Shown piece after piece: positions 52,971 through 64,000 of a DNA stretch of 64,000 nucleotides. A program made the position numbers and the translations under genes. The stretch covers positions 212,164,001 to 212,228,000 of the forward strand of contig NC_042997.1 in the NCBI RefSeq assembly GCF_006345805.1, given 5' to 3'. Numbering within the stretch: position 1 is the first letter of the stretch; every line of letters starts with the position of its first letter. The notes below the pieces were generated by a model, which was not told the origin of the DNA, made no database searches, and saw nothing but the letters and a program-made list of their open reading frames with translations. This DNA comes from Octopus sinensis (Eukaryota).

Positions 52971-53864
52971 TTAAGAAATGTTAAAGCATCAATAAGACCA
53001 ATATCATAAAATAATGGATGTTTAAATCTCAAGACACACACACACACACACACACGTGTGTGTGTGTGTATGTGTGTGCATGCGTTATTTAGCTTTATGT
53101 TTATACAAGCAGAAAACAGAAGAACTGAAATGTTTCTACTTGCTAACCTAAAGATTTTTTGGATGTTCAAGACAGACATGTGAAAAATATATTCCATTTA
53201 AAATTTACTTCCAGATGTGTTCCAGATGTGTCTTCATTTCATCTTTCCCACTCAAGCCATCACATACGATGTTAGAAGAACTTGAATCTAGACAGAGCAC
53301 AGCTGTTGCTGTGTTAAATTCTCCCATTTTTAAGGAATTCTGATAATTCTGTTCCTACGTGTTCAAAATAGTTCTTCTGATATCAAATGAAAAGAAACCC
53401 ATGTGAAATTATATTTGGCTTTCTTTTTACTTTCTAGCACTCTGACATAAACATAGAATGGCTTTCTAGTTTTGTGAGAGAAAAAGTGAAGTATTGGTCA
53501 TATTGAAAGAAGAGATGAAGTCTTTTGACCATTTTCTTTAATTATTCTTCATTCTCACACAAGTACCAATATATGTTGCAGGAGAAAAATAGCTTTTATT
53601 CAAAGTAATTCTTGTTCTCATAAATATAAATAGCTTGGCTTAAGATAACAGAGAAACCAGCTCTAAATTTAATCGTATCAAAATTGAAAATGATGTGCCA
53701 AGAATTAGCATATCATCTGTTGAAACTGCTGGTTTTGGATTTAACTTTTAAAAGCCTGTCAATTACAGAGTTGTACCTAAATATTTTTGAGAGAGAATCA
53801 AGCACATAAGTGTTGCCATTCTTGTGTAGAACAGAAACAGTGAACATAACAATATAATGTATAC

Positions 53865-54260
53865 GTGTCGGTGGCACGTAAAAAGCACCATCCAAATTGT
53901 GGCCAAAGCCAGCGCCGCCTCGACTGGCTTCCGTGTCGGTGGCACGTAAAAAGCACCATCCGAATCGTGGCCGAAGCCAGTGCCGCATCAACTGGCTTCC
54001 GTGCCGGTGGCACGTAAAATGCACCAATCCGACCGTGGCCGATGCCAGCCTCCCCTGGCACCAGTGCAGGTGGCACGCAAAAAGCACCCACTACACTCAC
54101 GGAGTGGTTGGCATTAGGAAGGGCCTCCAGCTGTAGAAACATTGCCAGATAAGACCGGAGCCTGGTGCAGCCTTCTGGCTTCCCAGATCCCCGGTCGAAC
54201 CGTCCAACCCATGCTAGCATGGAAAACGGACGTTAAACGATGATGATGATGATGATGACA
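53865..54260 (+). mobile_element. RTE 3' UTR copy
   Basis: Four GTG(T/C)CGGTGGCACGTAAAA-type units, CCATGCTAGCATGG at 54209-54222, (GAT)n tail. Confidence 0.9.
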
Positions 54261-54304
54261 AATAGGTCTGGTTGGAGATGACACGAGTAAAACTTGAATT
54301 TTTT

Positions 54305-54480
54305 CAATGAAGGTACCCAAGGAAGAGGTAGACCCAGGAAGACATGGGATGAAGTGTTAAGGACCGATCTCAAGAAGTTGGACCTCACGGAGGAAGTGAC
54401 CGTGGACCGAGATGTCTGATGATATGAAGTTCTTGAGAAAACCCGCCCACATCAGCAATACTGAGTTCTAGAAGCACTGT
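54305..54480 (+). mobile_element. 3' end of a second RTE family with a different 3' UTR
   Basis: EGTQGRGRPRKTWDEVLRTDLKKLDLTEEVTVDRDV*, followed by an unrelated UTR. Confidence 0.75.
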
Positions 54481-54931
54481 GTAGAAACCTTCTCACACAT
54501 TCTACCACAACGAACCAAACTACATCCCTTCTCTTTCTCACATGTCCGCAATAGTACATTTACGTACTATGATTACCTCCCACTCCTCCATCTAAAGAAC
54601 TAAATATGAGCAAGGAGTTAATCCGAGCATCATTACAATAAATGTCTTAATTTTCTCCCCCCCCTCTATAAACCATCATTTTCTTTCTTTCTCTCTCTCT
54701 TTTTTTTTTTTTTTTTGCTTTTATAGCATATTATTGTTTCTCTGTATTATGCATCTGTATTATCAAGTGACAGGATTTCACCATAAAAAGCGTTATTTAT
54801 TTATTCATCTTATTCTCTGCAAATAAAATAGCAAATCAATAAAACACTTTTTTCTTTCTTTCTGAAGGTTAACTGGAAACATTCAGAAACAATGGCAATA
54901 AAGATACGATACATTATTGTCTCTGTAACAG

Positions 54932-54992
54932 AGGCATTAGTGACTGGAAGTGTAATTAATAAGGCTTCAACCAACCTGCAACAAAAACTCAG
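54932..54992 (+). CDS. Candidate 61-nt coding exon (ALVTGSVINKASTNLQQKL), unidentified
   Basis: ATTATTGTCTCTGTAACAG|...CTCAG|GTGAAA; open in phase 1. Confidence 0.2.
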
Positions 54993-55089
54993 GTGAAACC
55001 CATCATATGGAACTACTCCCATATCAGGGTCGGTCCTGCCTTTATACATACAAACATCCAGGACAGTGTCTTATATATATACAAACTCT

Positions 55090-55725
55090 TACTCTCTTTT
55101 ACTTGTTTCAGTCATTTGACTGTGGCCATGCTGGAGCACCGTCTTTAGTCGAGCAAATTGACCCCAGAGATTATTCTTTGTAAGCCTAGTACTTATTCTA
55201 TCGGTCTTACGGGGACATAAACACACCAACATCGGTTGCCAAGCGATGTTGGGGGGACAAACAAAGACACACAAACATACATACACACCAGCATATATAT
55301 ACATATACATGGTGGCAAGCTGGCAGAAACGTTAGCACACTGGGCAAAATGCGTAGCTGTATTCTGTCTGTCGCTACGTTCCGAGTTCAAATTCCGCCGA
55401 GGTTGACTTTGCCTTTCATCCTTTCAGGGTCGATAAATTAAGTACCAGTTACGCACTGGAGTCAATGTAATCGACTTAATCCCTTTGTCTGTCCTTGTTT
55501 GTACCTCTGTGTTTAGCCCTTTGTGGGTAGTAAAGAAATATATATACATATATATATATATATATATGACAGACTTCTTTCAGTTTCCATCTACCAAATC
55601 CACTCACAAGGCTTTGGTTGGCCCAAGGCTATAGTAGAAGACACTTGCCCAAGATGCCATACAGTGGGAACGAACCCAGAACCATGTGGTTGGTAAGCTA
55701 CTTACCATACAGCCACTCCTACGCC
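55090..55725. mobile_element. SINE family A (minus) split by a SINE family B copy (plus, ~55310-55540)
   Basis: Family A 3' half at 55090-55290 and head at 55560-55725 flank a family B copy (GGTGGCAAGCTGGCAGAA...GAGTTCAAATTCC). Confidence 0.8.
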
Positions 55726-55734
55726 TGTGTGTGT

Positions 55735-56165
55735 ATATCATCATCATCATCATCGTTTAGCGTCCGCTTTCCATGCTAGCATGGGTTGGACGGTGCAACT
55801 GGGGTCTGGGAAGCCAGAAGGCTGCACCAGGCCCAGTCTGATCTGGCAATGTTCCTACGGCTGGATGCCCTTCCTAATGCCAACCAATCCATGAGTGTAG
55901 TGGGTGCTTTTTACGTGCCACCGGCACGGAGGCCAAGCGAGGCTGGCAAACGGGCACGATCGGATGGTGCTTTTTACATGCCACCAGCACGGAGGCCAGG
56001 GGAGGCTGGCAACGGCCACGATCGGATGGTGCTTTTTACATGCCACCGGCACAGAAGCCAGTCAGGGCGGCACTGGCAACGGCCACGTTCGGATTGTTCT
56101 CTTATGTGCCACCAGCACTGGTATCACAGCTACAATTTCCATTCATGTTGATCGATTTTGATTTT
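55735..56165 (-). mobile_element. RTE 3' UTR copy
   Basis: Tail, core and repeat units. Confidence 0.9.
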
Positions 56166-56186
56166 TTGATATATATATATATATAT

Positions 56187-56257
<71 letters not shown>

Positions 56258-56799
56258 TATATATACATATGCAAAAAAAGAAAAAAAGTCACCCAACAAA
56301 CTGACAGAGTCACTGAGTGACGCTTTCTGACTTTTGTGTCCTTCCTGTGCCTCCTACTCCAACTGCTGTTATTGCTACAACAATGGCCTATGCTCCTCAG
56401 AGGATCTCATGTTACATTCCCTCATCTCAACCCAACCAGTTTCAATTTTAGCTATTTTGCCAATACTACTTCTCCTGCATTACATCCCTCTGGAATTCCT
56501 TTCACGTATAATTTTATAATGAACAAGCAGAGTCAGAATGCTTGGAGAACAACAATTCACCAACAAGATGTTTATCTGGCCTATATTAGCATAGAGAAAT
56601 GTTAAAGAACTAACAGAAGCATATAAAGATGGTTCTTGTGAGATTTTACATTATGAAACAAAGGAGAGGCAAGCAGAATGTTTAAAGTATGAAGCAAGAT
56701 GATAGAAAATGAATTTAAATAATTTTTATTGATGATATATAAATGCATCAGCACAGGCAGCAGCGGTAACCACCACCACCACCATTGGCCCTAGAATAC

Positions 56800-57028
56800 C
56801 TATTTCTTTACTACTCACAAGGGGCTAAACACAGAGAGGACAAACAAGGACAAACGGATTAAGTTGATTATATCGACCCCAGTGCGTAACTGGTACTTAT
56901 TTAATCGACGCTGAAAGGATGAAAGGCAAAGTCGACCTCGGCGGAATTTGAACTCAGAACGTAGCGGCAGACAAAATGTCGCTAAGCATTTCGCCCGGCA
57001 TGCTAACGATTCTAGCAGCTCGCCACCT
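56800..57028 (-). mobile_element. tRNA-derived SINE, family B
   Basis: Reverse complement GGTGGCGAGCTGCTAGAATCGTTAGC...GAGTTCAAATTCCGCCGAGGTCGACTTTGCCTTTCATCCTTTC...TAAGTACCAG. Confidence 0.9.
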
Positions 57029-57704
57029 TTGAATATCTTAGTTGGGCACACTCTCTTCCAAGCAATCAGACTAATCCTTTTATCTTAATCAGAAATACAA
57101 AACTGATAATGATCTAGAATGCCATGGAAACAAGATCAGGATTCAGAACTTTCAACTGAAAGACAATCTGGTAACAATTTTTAAGTTGCAGACAAACTTA
57201 TTTTCTGAGAAGAAATTAGGATATTATTAATTCTGGTGTGATATTAGTTACGATTCCACCTGGCAGGAATTTTGCAACAGCAGTGAAGAATGAATTGAAA
57301 CCAGAAGTGTTATAGAAGTTGGGAATCAATTAGGGAATTAAGCTAATGGAACAGGAGAGAGAAGAAAGAGGTAATACATAGGTAGATGATGTGAATTAAT
57401 GGCACATTGCAGTCTTGTAGGCCATTGGATCCACCCTGTTGAACAGTCCAACTCATGCCAGCAAGGAAAGTGGATGTTAAAGGATGACGATAATGATATT
57501 GAAAGAACTGAACCAGTAACATGTAATATTTTGACAATATTGAAACTATATCGAAATAACTGAATAATTTCAGGAGGGTCGTTTCTTTTTTTGACAAATA
57601 CACACACGCACTATACATTTTTTTTCTTCACTCGTTTATAATGAAAGAAGAATAGTAATGAAATAGTGAAGAAAAAAGATACATATATATATATATATAT
57701 ATCT

Positions 57705-58403
57705 GACTCTTGGCCGATGCCAGCGCCGCCTCGACTGGCTTCCATGCCGGTGGCACGTAAAATGCACCAATCCGACCGTGGCCGTTGCCAGCCTCGCCTG
57801 GCACCTGTGCAGGTGGCATGTAAAAAGCACCCACTTTGGCGTTAGGTGGTTGGCGTTAGGAAGGGCATCCAGCTGTAGAAACATTGCCAGATAAGACTGG
57901 AGCCTGGTGCAGCCTTCTGGCTTCCTAGATCCCCGGTCGAACCGTCCAACCCATACTAGCATGGAGAACGGACGTTAAACGATGATGATGATGATGATGA
58001 TATATATATATGCTTGAGGAGACCTATTGAGTCAAGTACATCAACATCAAAACATCAAATGAAAATTGTAGATGTGATACCTGTGCCGGTGGCACATAAA
58101 AAGCACCATCCGCACGTGGCTGATGCCAGGAACCCATGACTGGCTTCCGTGTCGGTGGCATGTAAAAAGCACCAAGCGATCGTGGCCGTTGCCAGCCTCC
58201 CCTGGCACCTGTGCAGGTGGCACGTCAAAAGCACCCACTACACTCACGGAGTGGTTGGCGTTAGGAAGGGCATCCAGCTGTAGAAACACTGCCAGATCAG
58301 ATTGGGGCTAGGTGCAGCCTCCTGGCTTCCCAGACTCCAGTCAAACCGTCCAACCCATGCTAGCATGGAAAACAGACGTTAAACGATGATGATGATGATG
58401 ATG

Positions 58404-58405
<2 letters not shown>
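57705..58405 (+). mobile_element. Two tandem RTE 3' UTR copies separated by (TA)n
   Basis: (GAT)n tails at ~57980 and ~58385. Confidence 0.9.
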
Positions 58406-58448
<43 letters not shown>

Positions 58449-59079
58449 CACGTGTGTTTATTTGGCAAAGAAAAAGAAAAAAATACCATCCCGAAATACA
58501 ACAATATCTGTTTCAACACATGCTTTCGCATCAGGAATCTTGCAAAATGAATGAATAATTTCATATATATTGAAACTCCATGACAACTGGACATGAATAT
58601 TCAACATTTTTATAATACTGAAACTATCAAAATACCTGGACGGTTGCTTGAAAACTATGTTAATTCCAGGAAATTCAACACAAACTCCAAGCAGGGGCCC
58701 CCTGATGAGGTTATCCAGTGTGGTAGAAATAACAGGCAAATCTTCATCAAACCAGACCCTAATGTCTGGACAAAGGGCCATATTAGGTTATGTAGTCCAA
58801 GATACACTAAACCTAACAAAACTGTTGGGTGGTCATGGTTAGAATGTCTTTCATTGTAGTCTTGCTTTTTGAAGGCCAACTACATTTTTGTAAAGATTTA
58901 GTTAGCGGGGGGGAGCAACCATGATCTTCTCTCTTTGTCAAGAGGTGGGGTGAGGGAAGAAATTGTCCTATGAATGAAAACCTGGTCTCATTGCTAACAA
59001 TCATCATCATCATCATCATCGTTTAATGTCTGCTTTCCATGCTAGCATGGGTTAACAACATTTTGGAAGCAATGTAATC

Positions 59080-59392
59080 CAGTTTGTTGTTTGTTCCTTC
59101 TCGAGCCATGCCTGGCTCATAAGGGCCGGTTTCCCGGTTTCCTAGGCATATAGGTTCCCCACCTGGATGGGACGCCGGTCCGTCACAGGTGAGCTGCAAG
59201 ATGCAGGAGGAAAGAGTGAGAGAAAGTTGTGGCGAAAGAATCAGCAGAAGTTTCGCCATTACCTTCTGCTGGAGCTGCATGGAGCTTAGGTGTTTCGTTC
59301 CTAAAAACACACATCGCCCGGTCTGAGATTCGAACCCGCGATCCCTCAATTGTGAGTCCGCTGCTCTAACCACTAGGCCATGTGCCTCCAAT
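59080..59392 (-). mobile_element. tRNA-derived SINE related to family C, with a different 3' half
   Basis: GGAGGCACATGGCCTAGTGGTTAGAGC...GGTTCGAATCTC; shares AACACCTAAGCTCC and CCACAACTTTCTCTCACTC with 15993-16376. Confidence 0.88.
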
Positions 59393-59887
59393 GTAATCCA
59401 GTGTTACATTAACAAAGCAAGGGATGGTTATAAGAAGAGAAAGTAATCTATATCAACGAAAAATCAATCAAAAGTGGGTTGATATTGAGGAATATTATCT
59501 AAATGTGTTATCAAGATCAAATGAAAGTTTGTCTTGTGATGCTGACAAATTACTTTAGAAACTTGTTCACTACAAAGATGTGAAGCCTAATTCTATTGCT
59601 GCATTTAGATATGAAAAATAATTGACATCAATAAAGGGCAAGATCGATAACAAGTTTATAATGAACACACAAGTAATTAAGTATACGTGTGTATGTGCAT
59701 ATATACACACACACCTATAACACTTGAAATGAAATCTCTTTGAATAACTGGCTGCACTTGACTGTGTGAAGAACTTTATTAAAAGACATCTAAAAGTATA
59801 CAGGGCTGCAAAAGTATATATATACAGGCATGGTCATGTGGTTAAGGAGCTTTTGCAAGGCCTTGGGAGTGAATTCATCATCCTCAT

Positions 59888-60115
59888 TTAACCCTTTTGA
59901 TACCAACCCGCCTGAAACCGCCTCTGGCTCTGTAATACAAATGTCTTGTTTTAAAAAATCTGAATTAAAATCTTCCTCCAAACCTTAGTCACAATTTATG
60001 TTCCTAACACTAGCTGAATGATGACTATGTTATTTTACTAAATTCTTTGTTATATTTAAAGTAATTGAAAGAAACCCAGAGCATCTCAACAGAAATATGG
60101 TAACAAAAGGGTTAA
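59888..60115. mobile_element. piggyBac-type MITE, family 1
   Basis: TTAA|CCCTTTTGATACCA...TGGTAACAAAAGGG|TTAA. Confidence 0.9.
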
Positions 60116-60138
60116 AATATATAATAGAGAAACAATTC

Positions 60139-60368
60139 TTAGCCCTTTTGATACCAACCTGGCTGAAACCACCTCTGGCTTTGTAGTACAAATGTCTTGT
60201 TTTCATAAGTTTTGAATGAAAATCTTCCACCAAACCTTAGTCACAATTTATGTTCCTAACACTAGCTTAATGATGACTACGTCATTTTACTAAATTCTTT
60301 GTTATATTTAAAATTAATTGAAAGAAACACAGAGCATCTCAACAGAAATATGGTAATGAAAGGGTTAA
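60139..60368. mobile_element. piggyBac-type MITE, family 1 (adjacent direct copy)
   Basis: TTAG|CCCTTTTGATACC...GAAAGGG|TTAA; high identity to the neighbouring copy. Confidence 0.9.
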
Positions 60369-60684
60369 TGTGTGTTTCCCCATGCTGGCATGGGTTGCAC
60401 AGTTTGACAGGAACTGGCAACTCCACCAAGCTCCACTGGCATGGTTTCTATGGATACAAGTTAAAATGCAAGCTGTATCCTCATGAAGCAGGTTCCAATA
60501 ATGAAATGTATGTATGGAGAAGATTCATTAGAAACGAGCAATAGAAACTAGTTGAAAGTTCTGGTGAATTATATTGGCAGAGGAAGTATATATTTGCATC
60601 TAAGACTAGAAAGTTTGGTATATTTCTAATTCCATGTTACACTTGTTGCATTAAGGGATAGGAAATACATTATGAATATTAATC

Positions 60685-61390
60685 ATCATCATCATCCTCA
60701 TCGTTTAACGTCCACTTTCCATGCTAGCATGGGTTGGACGATTCTGACTGAGGACTGGTGAACCAGATGGCTGCACCAGGTTCCAATTTTGATCTGGCAG
60801 AGTTTCTACAGCTGGATGCCCTTCCTAACGCCAACCACTCCAAGAGTGCAGTAGGTGCTTTTTATGTGCCACTGGCATGGGGGCCAGTCAGGCGGTACTG
60901 CCCTTTATTGATGTCAATGACAAGGCGGCGAGCTGGCAGACACATTAGCACACCGGGCGAAATGCTTAGCGGTATTTCGTCTGCGTTACATTGTGAGTTC
61001 AAATTCCGCCGAGGTTGACTTTACCTTTCATCCTTTCGGGGTCAATAAATTAAGTACCAGCTACGCACTGGGGTCGATGTAATCGACTTAATACCTATCT
61101 CTGTCCTTGTTTGTCCCCTCCGTGTTTAGCCCCTTGTGGGTTGTAAAGAAATAGGTACTGGCAATGACCTCGCTCGAATCTTTTTACACATGCCACTGGC
61201 ACAGGCTCCAATCTGATCTGGCAAAGTTTCTACACTTGGATGCCCTTCCTAATGCCAACCACTCCGAGTGTGTAGTGGGTACTTTTACGTGGCACCGGCA
61301 TGGGAGCCAGTCAGGCCATTCTGGCAACGACCATGCTCAAAAGGTGTTTTTTACGTGTTACCTGCATGGGAGCCAGTCCGGCAGCACTAT
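60685..61390 (-). mobile_element. RTE 3' UTR interrupted by a SINE family B copy (plus, ~60923-61153)
   Basis: GGTACTG duplicated at 60894-60900 and 61154-61160. Confidence 0.85.
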
Positions 61391-61783
61391 AATATATATG
61401 TATATATATATATATGTAAGTATGACTGTATCGATGTCTAGATGTCACATGGTGATTGTAAACAAGCATAATTGTTATATGAGTGGGGTTGTTCATTTCT
61501 AGCTGTGTAAAATGTATCTGAGTATGGGAGCGGGGGATATTACCTTGCTTGGAAACAGGTGAGGAATGGTAACTGGAAGGGCATTCAGCTGCAGCAAAAA
61601 ATAATTCTGACTCATCTGGTCAGTGTAAGTATGGAAAAGTGGACATTAAATGATGATGATGATGATGATATTTACAAGTATCTCTCCAACAGAAAATGTG
61701 TGACACCCATTCAATGTTCCTGACTGTAACAAGTCTCTGACAGTAAACACAACAAAATAGACCCATTTTTACCTCCATCAGTG

Positions 61784-61815
<32 letters not shown>

Positions 61816-61981
61816 AGAGAATATACTTGTCTAACATTGTAGTATTGTCCCCACTCCAGCTTCCATAATATTTGTCTGAGTTTTCAGACGTATGATAATA
61901 ACTGAAATATATTTTCGTATAAGTTGAAATATAATTTATTATTTTTCTCTGTGTGTGTGTTTTACCTTCATCAGGTAAAAC

Positions 61982-62000
61982 AACACACCAGGGGGCAGCA
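61982..62000 (+). promoter_or_regulatory. Candidate CTCF-binding motif
   Basis: AACACACCAGGGGGCAGCA contains CACCAGGGGGC, matching the bilaterian CTCF core; lies in non-repeat DNA. Confidence 0.3.
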
Positions 62001-62227
62001 TTTACTGCTAAAATATTTCAGGAAGCTTGAAATGTTTTAGTTTCTCCTCTTCACAAATTCGCACACTTAATCACTTTCCTATTTTGAGTGAGGGAGTAAT
62101 AACAGTGCAGTGACTTGTACTTTTAAACTGTAAACTATTTATAAAGTACTTGAATGACAACCGCAAACATGAACTGCTGTTGAAGATGTGCGTCTGAATG
62201 ATGTCACTCACTTGAGTAAATTCACCA

Positions 62228-62800
62228 CCATCATCATCATCATCATCGTTTAACATCCGCTTTCCATGCTAATATGGGTTGGATGATTTTGACTGAGGTC
62301 TGCCGAACCAGATGGCTGCACCAGGCTTCAGTCTTGATCTGGCAGAGTTTCTACAGCTGGATGCCCTTACTAATGCCAACCACTCCGAGAGTGTAGTGGG
62401 TGCTTTTTATGTGACACCGGCACGGAAGCCAGTCAGGCGATACTGGCAATGACCTCGCTTGAATCTTTTTACACATGTCACTGGTACAGGTGCCAGTAAG
62501 GCGACGTTGGTAATTATCACGCTCGAATGGGGCCATTTTATGTGCCACGGCACGGGGGCCAGTCAGGCGGTACTGGCAATGGCCTCGCTTGAATCTTTTT
62601 ACACATGCCACCGGTACAGGTGCCAGTAAGGCGACATTGGTAATTATCACGCTCGAATGGTGTCCTTTTTCATGCCACGGCACGGGGGCCAGTCAGGCGG
62701 TACTGGCAATGACCTTGCTCGAATCTTTTTACACATGCCACCGGTACAGGTGCTAGTAAGGCGACGTTGGTAACGATCACGCTCAAATGGTGCCCTTCTA
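62228..62800 (-). mobile_element. RTE 3' UTR copy with an expanded array (three ~130-bp dimers)
   Basis: Alternating A/B units starting near 62409, 62540 and 62671. Confidence 0.92.
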
Positions 62801-63018
62801 GGTTAAAAACCAAAATTTTTAGGGCTGTAACGTTCATAAATTTTAAAACATTTTGTAAAAGGTACAGTTTCCTCTACAACAACAAGAAGAAATTGTTGAG
62901 AAGCAAAATCTTCAAACAGATTCTAACAGAATTGAAGAAACAACAAATTAGAAGCAGAAATTTAGAATATCAAGAATAAAACATAATTTTTGAAAGAAAC
63001 ATTAAAAAATTAGTTACT

Positions 63019-63240
63019 TGAACCCTTTTGATACCAATGCACCCAAAACTACCCCTAATTCTATGATGCAAGTTCCTTTCACCAAACCTTTCACCAAAAT
63101 CTAACGTTAATTTTATTTCCTGCATCAGCTTTTAACGACAAAGTTAGTTTACTAAATTTTACTAAATTCTTCAATATTTTCGGAATAAAATTAAATAAAA
63201 ACCATGTATTTCAACAGGAATATGGTAACAAAAGGGTGTA
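63019..63240. mobile_element. piggyBac-type MITE, family 1 (decayed)
   Basis: CCCTTTTGATACCA...TGGTAACAAAAGGG; TTAA flanks mutated. Confidence 0.75.
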
Positions 63241-63762
63241 ATGATGAAGATCATGGTTTTATGTGCATTCTTTAAGCAGACAGGAATCTTAAATGGTTTT
63301 ATGAAGCTAGTTTGAAAATACCAGTTAGCTTGTTTTGAGAATAATCAACCATAATATCATAATCTTTGGTGCTAATCAGTATAAGACTGGTTGTTCAGTT
63401 GCTGAATGCAAATTGAACTCAAGAATTCGGTTGAACTTATGGCCAAGGAGAACAACTACCATTATCAGTTGTACTAATAATGTTGACAATAAAAAAAAAA
63501 AAAATCAATACCTTTTTTTTTTAATTATAAATTCTATGTTCAGAAATACAGAACTGGAGAGACATTATTTGGAAATGGAAACTGGTTAAACTCTGTAACT
63601 GCTTTTATTCTGATCACAATTAGTACAAAAGAGTACAAACTAAGATCAGACCCGAGAACTTTAGTTCAATAAATTAACAAATGATCAACTGAGAAGAGTA
63701 GTTTTACAAGTACCAAAATACTAACGAACTTGGCTGGGTTTTATTAGTATTGTCACATTTAC

Positions 63763-63854
63763 TTGTCGGGTATCCTTGGAAATGTCACCATCATTCTGTC
63801 CTCACTGTAAACGTATTAGTACTCCATTCTCAACATCAATAATTGTGCTCTTAC
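63763..63854 (-). other. Candidate 92-nt exon starting at an AG|GTAAGA (recursive-splice-like) site
   Basis: GTTTCTTTATTTTCAG|GTAAGAGC...CGACAA|GTAAAT. Phase-1 frame: GKSTIIDVENGVLIRLQ*GQNDGDISKDTRQ. Confidence 0.3.
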
Positions 63855-63892
63855 CTGAAAATAAAGAAACACATAAATACTTAAGGACATGT

Positions 63893-63993
63893 GTAATAAT
63901 AATATTAATAATAATAATAATAATATTAATAATAATAATAATAATATTAATAATAATAATAATAATAATATTAATAATAATAATTAAAATAAT
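63893..63993. repeat. (TAA)n-derived array with a higher-order AATATT interruption
   Basis: TAATAATAATAATATTAA-type units, directly visible. Confidence 0.9.
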
Positions 63994-64000
63994 ACTTCAG

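Noticed and set aside
53248-53342. Plus-strand PSHTMLEELESRQSTAVAVLNSPIFKEF* after a pyrimidine tract
   Set aside because: Such short open frames are expected by chance, and nothing links it to other exons.
58695-58740. CTGATGA...GAAAT third hammerhead-like motif
   Set aside because: No convincing stem II or helix III and no GUH triplet.
59423-59620. Protein-like frame MVIRRESNLYQRKINQKWVDIEEYY...*KLVHYKDVK
   Set aside because: Interrupted by stops with no recognisable family; possibly an old TE or pseudogene relic.
62400-62800. Regularly spaced palindromic repeats resembling a CRISPR array
   Set aside because: The spacers are themselves repeated, the context is eukaryotic, and the array is part of the RTE 3' UTR.

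Overview
This is AT-rich, repeat-saturated animal genomic DNA. The repeat families (RTE LINE with a (GAT)n tail, tRNA-derived SINEs, very long (TA)n tracts) resemble those of an octopus; this is inferred, not verified. No intact protein-coding gene can be supported. All ORFs over 150 aa are microsatellite artefacts, decayed RTE reverse transcriptase, or unrecognised short frames. The window reads as one or more long introns or intergenic DNA with a few candidate short exons on both strands that I cannot assign to a gene. Well-supported elements: a full-length but dead mariner with TIRs, TA TSDs and two nested insertions; two long and roughly 40 short 5'-truncated RTE copies; a CR1-like LINE 3' end; an R4/Dong-like endonuclease fragment within (TAA)n; three tRNA-SINE families; TTAA piggyBac-type MITEs; a probable solo LTR; and several minisatellites. 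Most interesting observations: (1) a tRNA-headed element with a degenerate minimal hammerhead ribozyme, found at two loci as head-to-head inverted pairs; (2) further locus-specific inverted duplications that could form long dsRNA; (3) two minus-strand AG|GTAAG sites with recursive-splicing architecture; (4) a covarying 3' stem-loop shared by a SINE and the CR1-like LINE; (5) a variable-number hairpin array in the RTE 3' UTR. Repeat boundaries were read by eye and are approximate unless a TSD or TIR is quoted.
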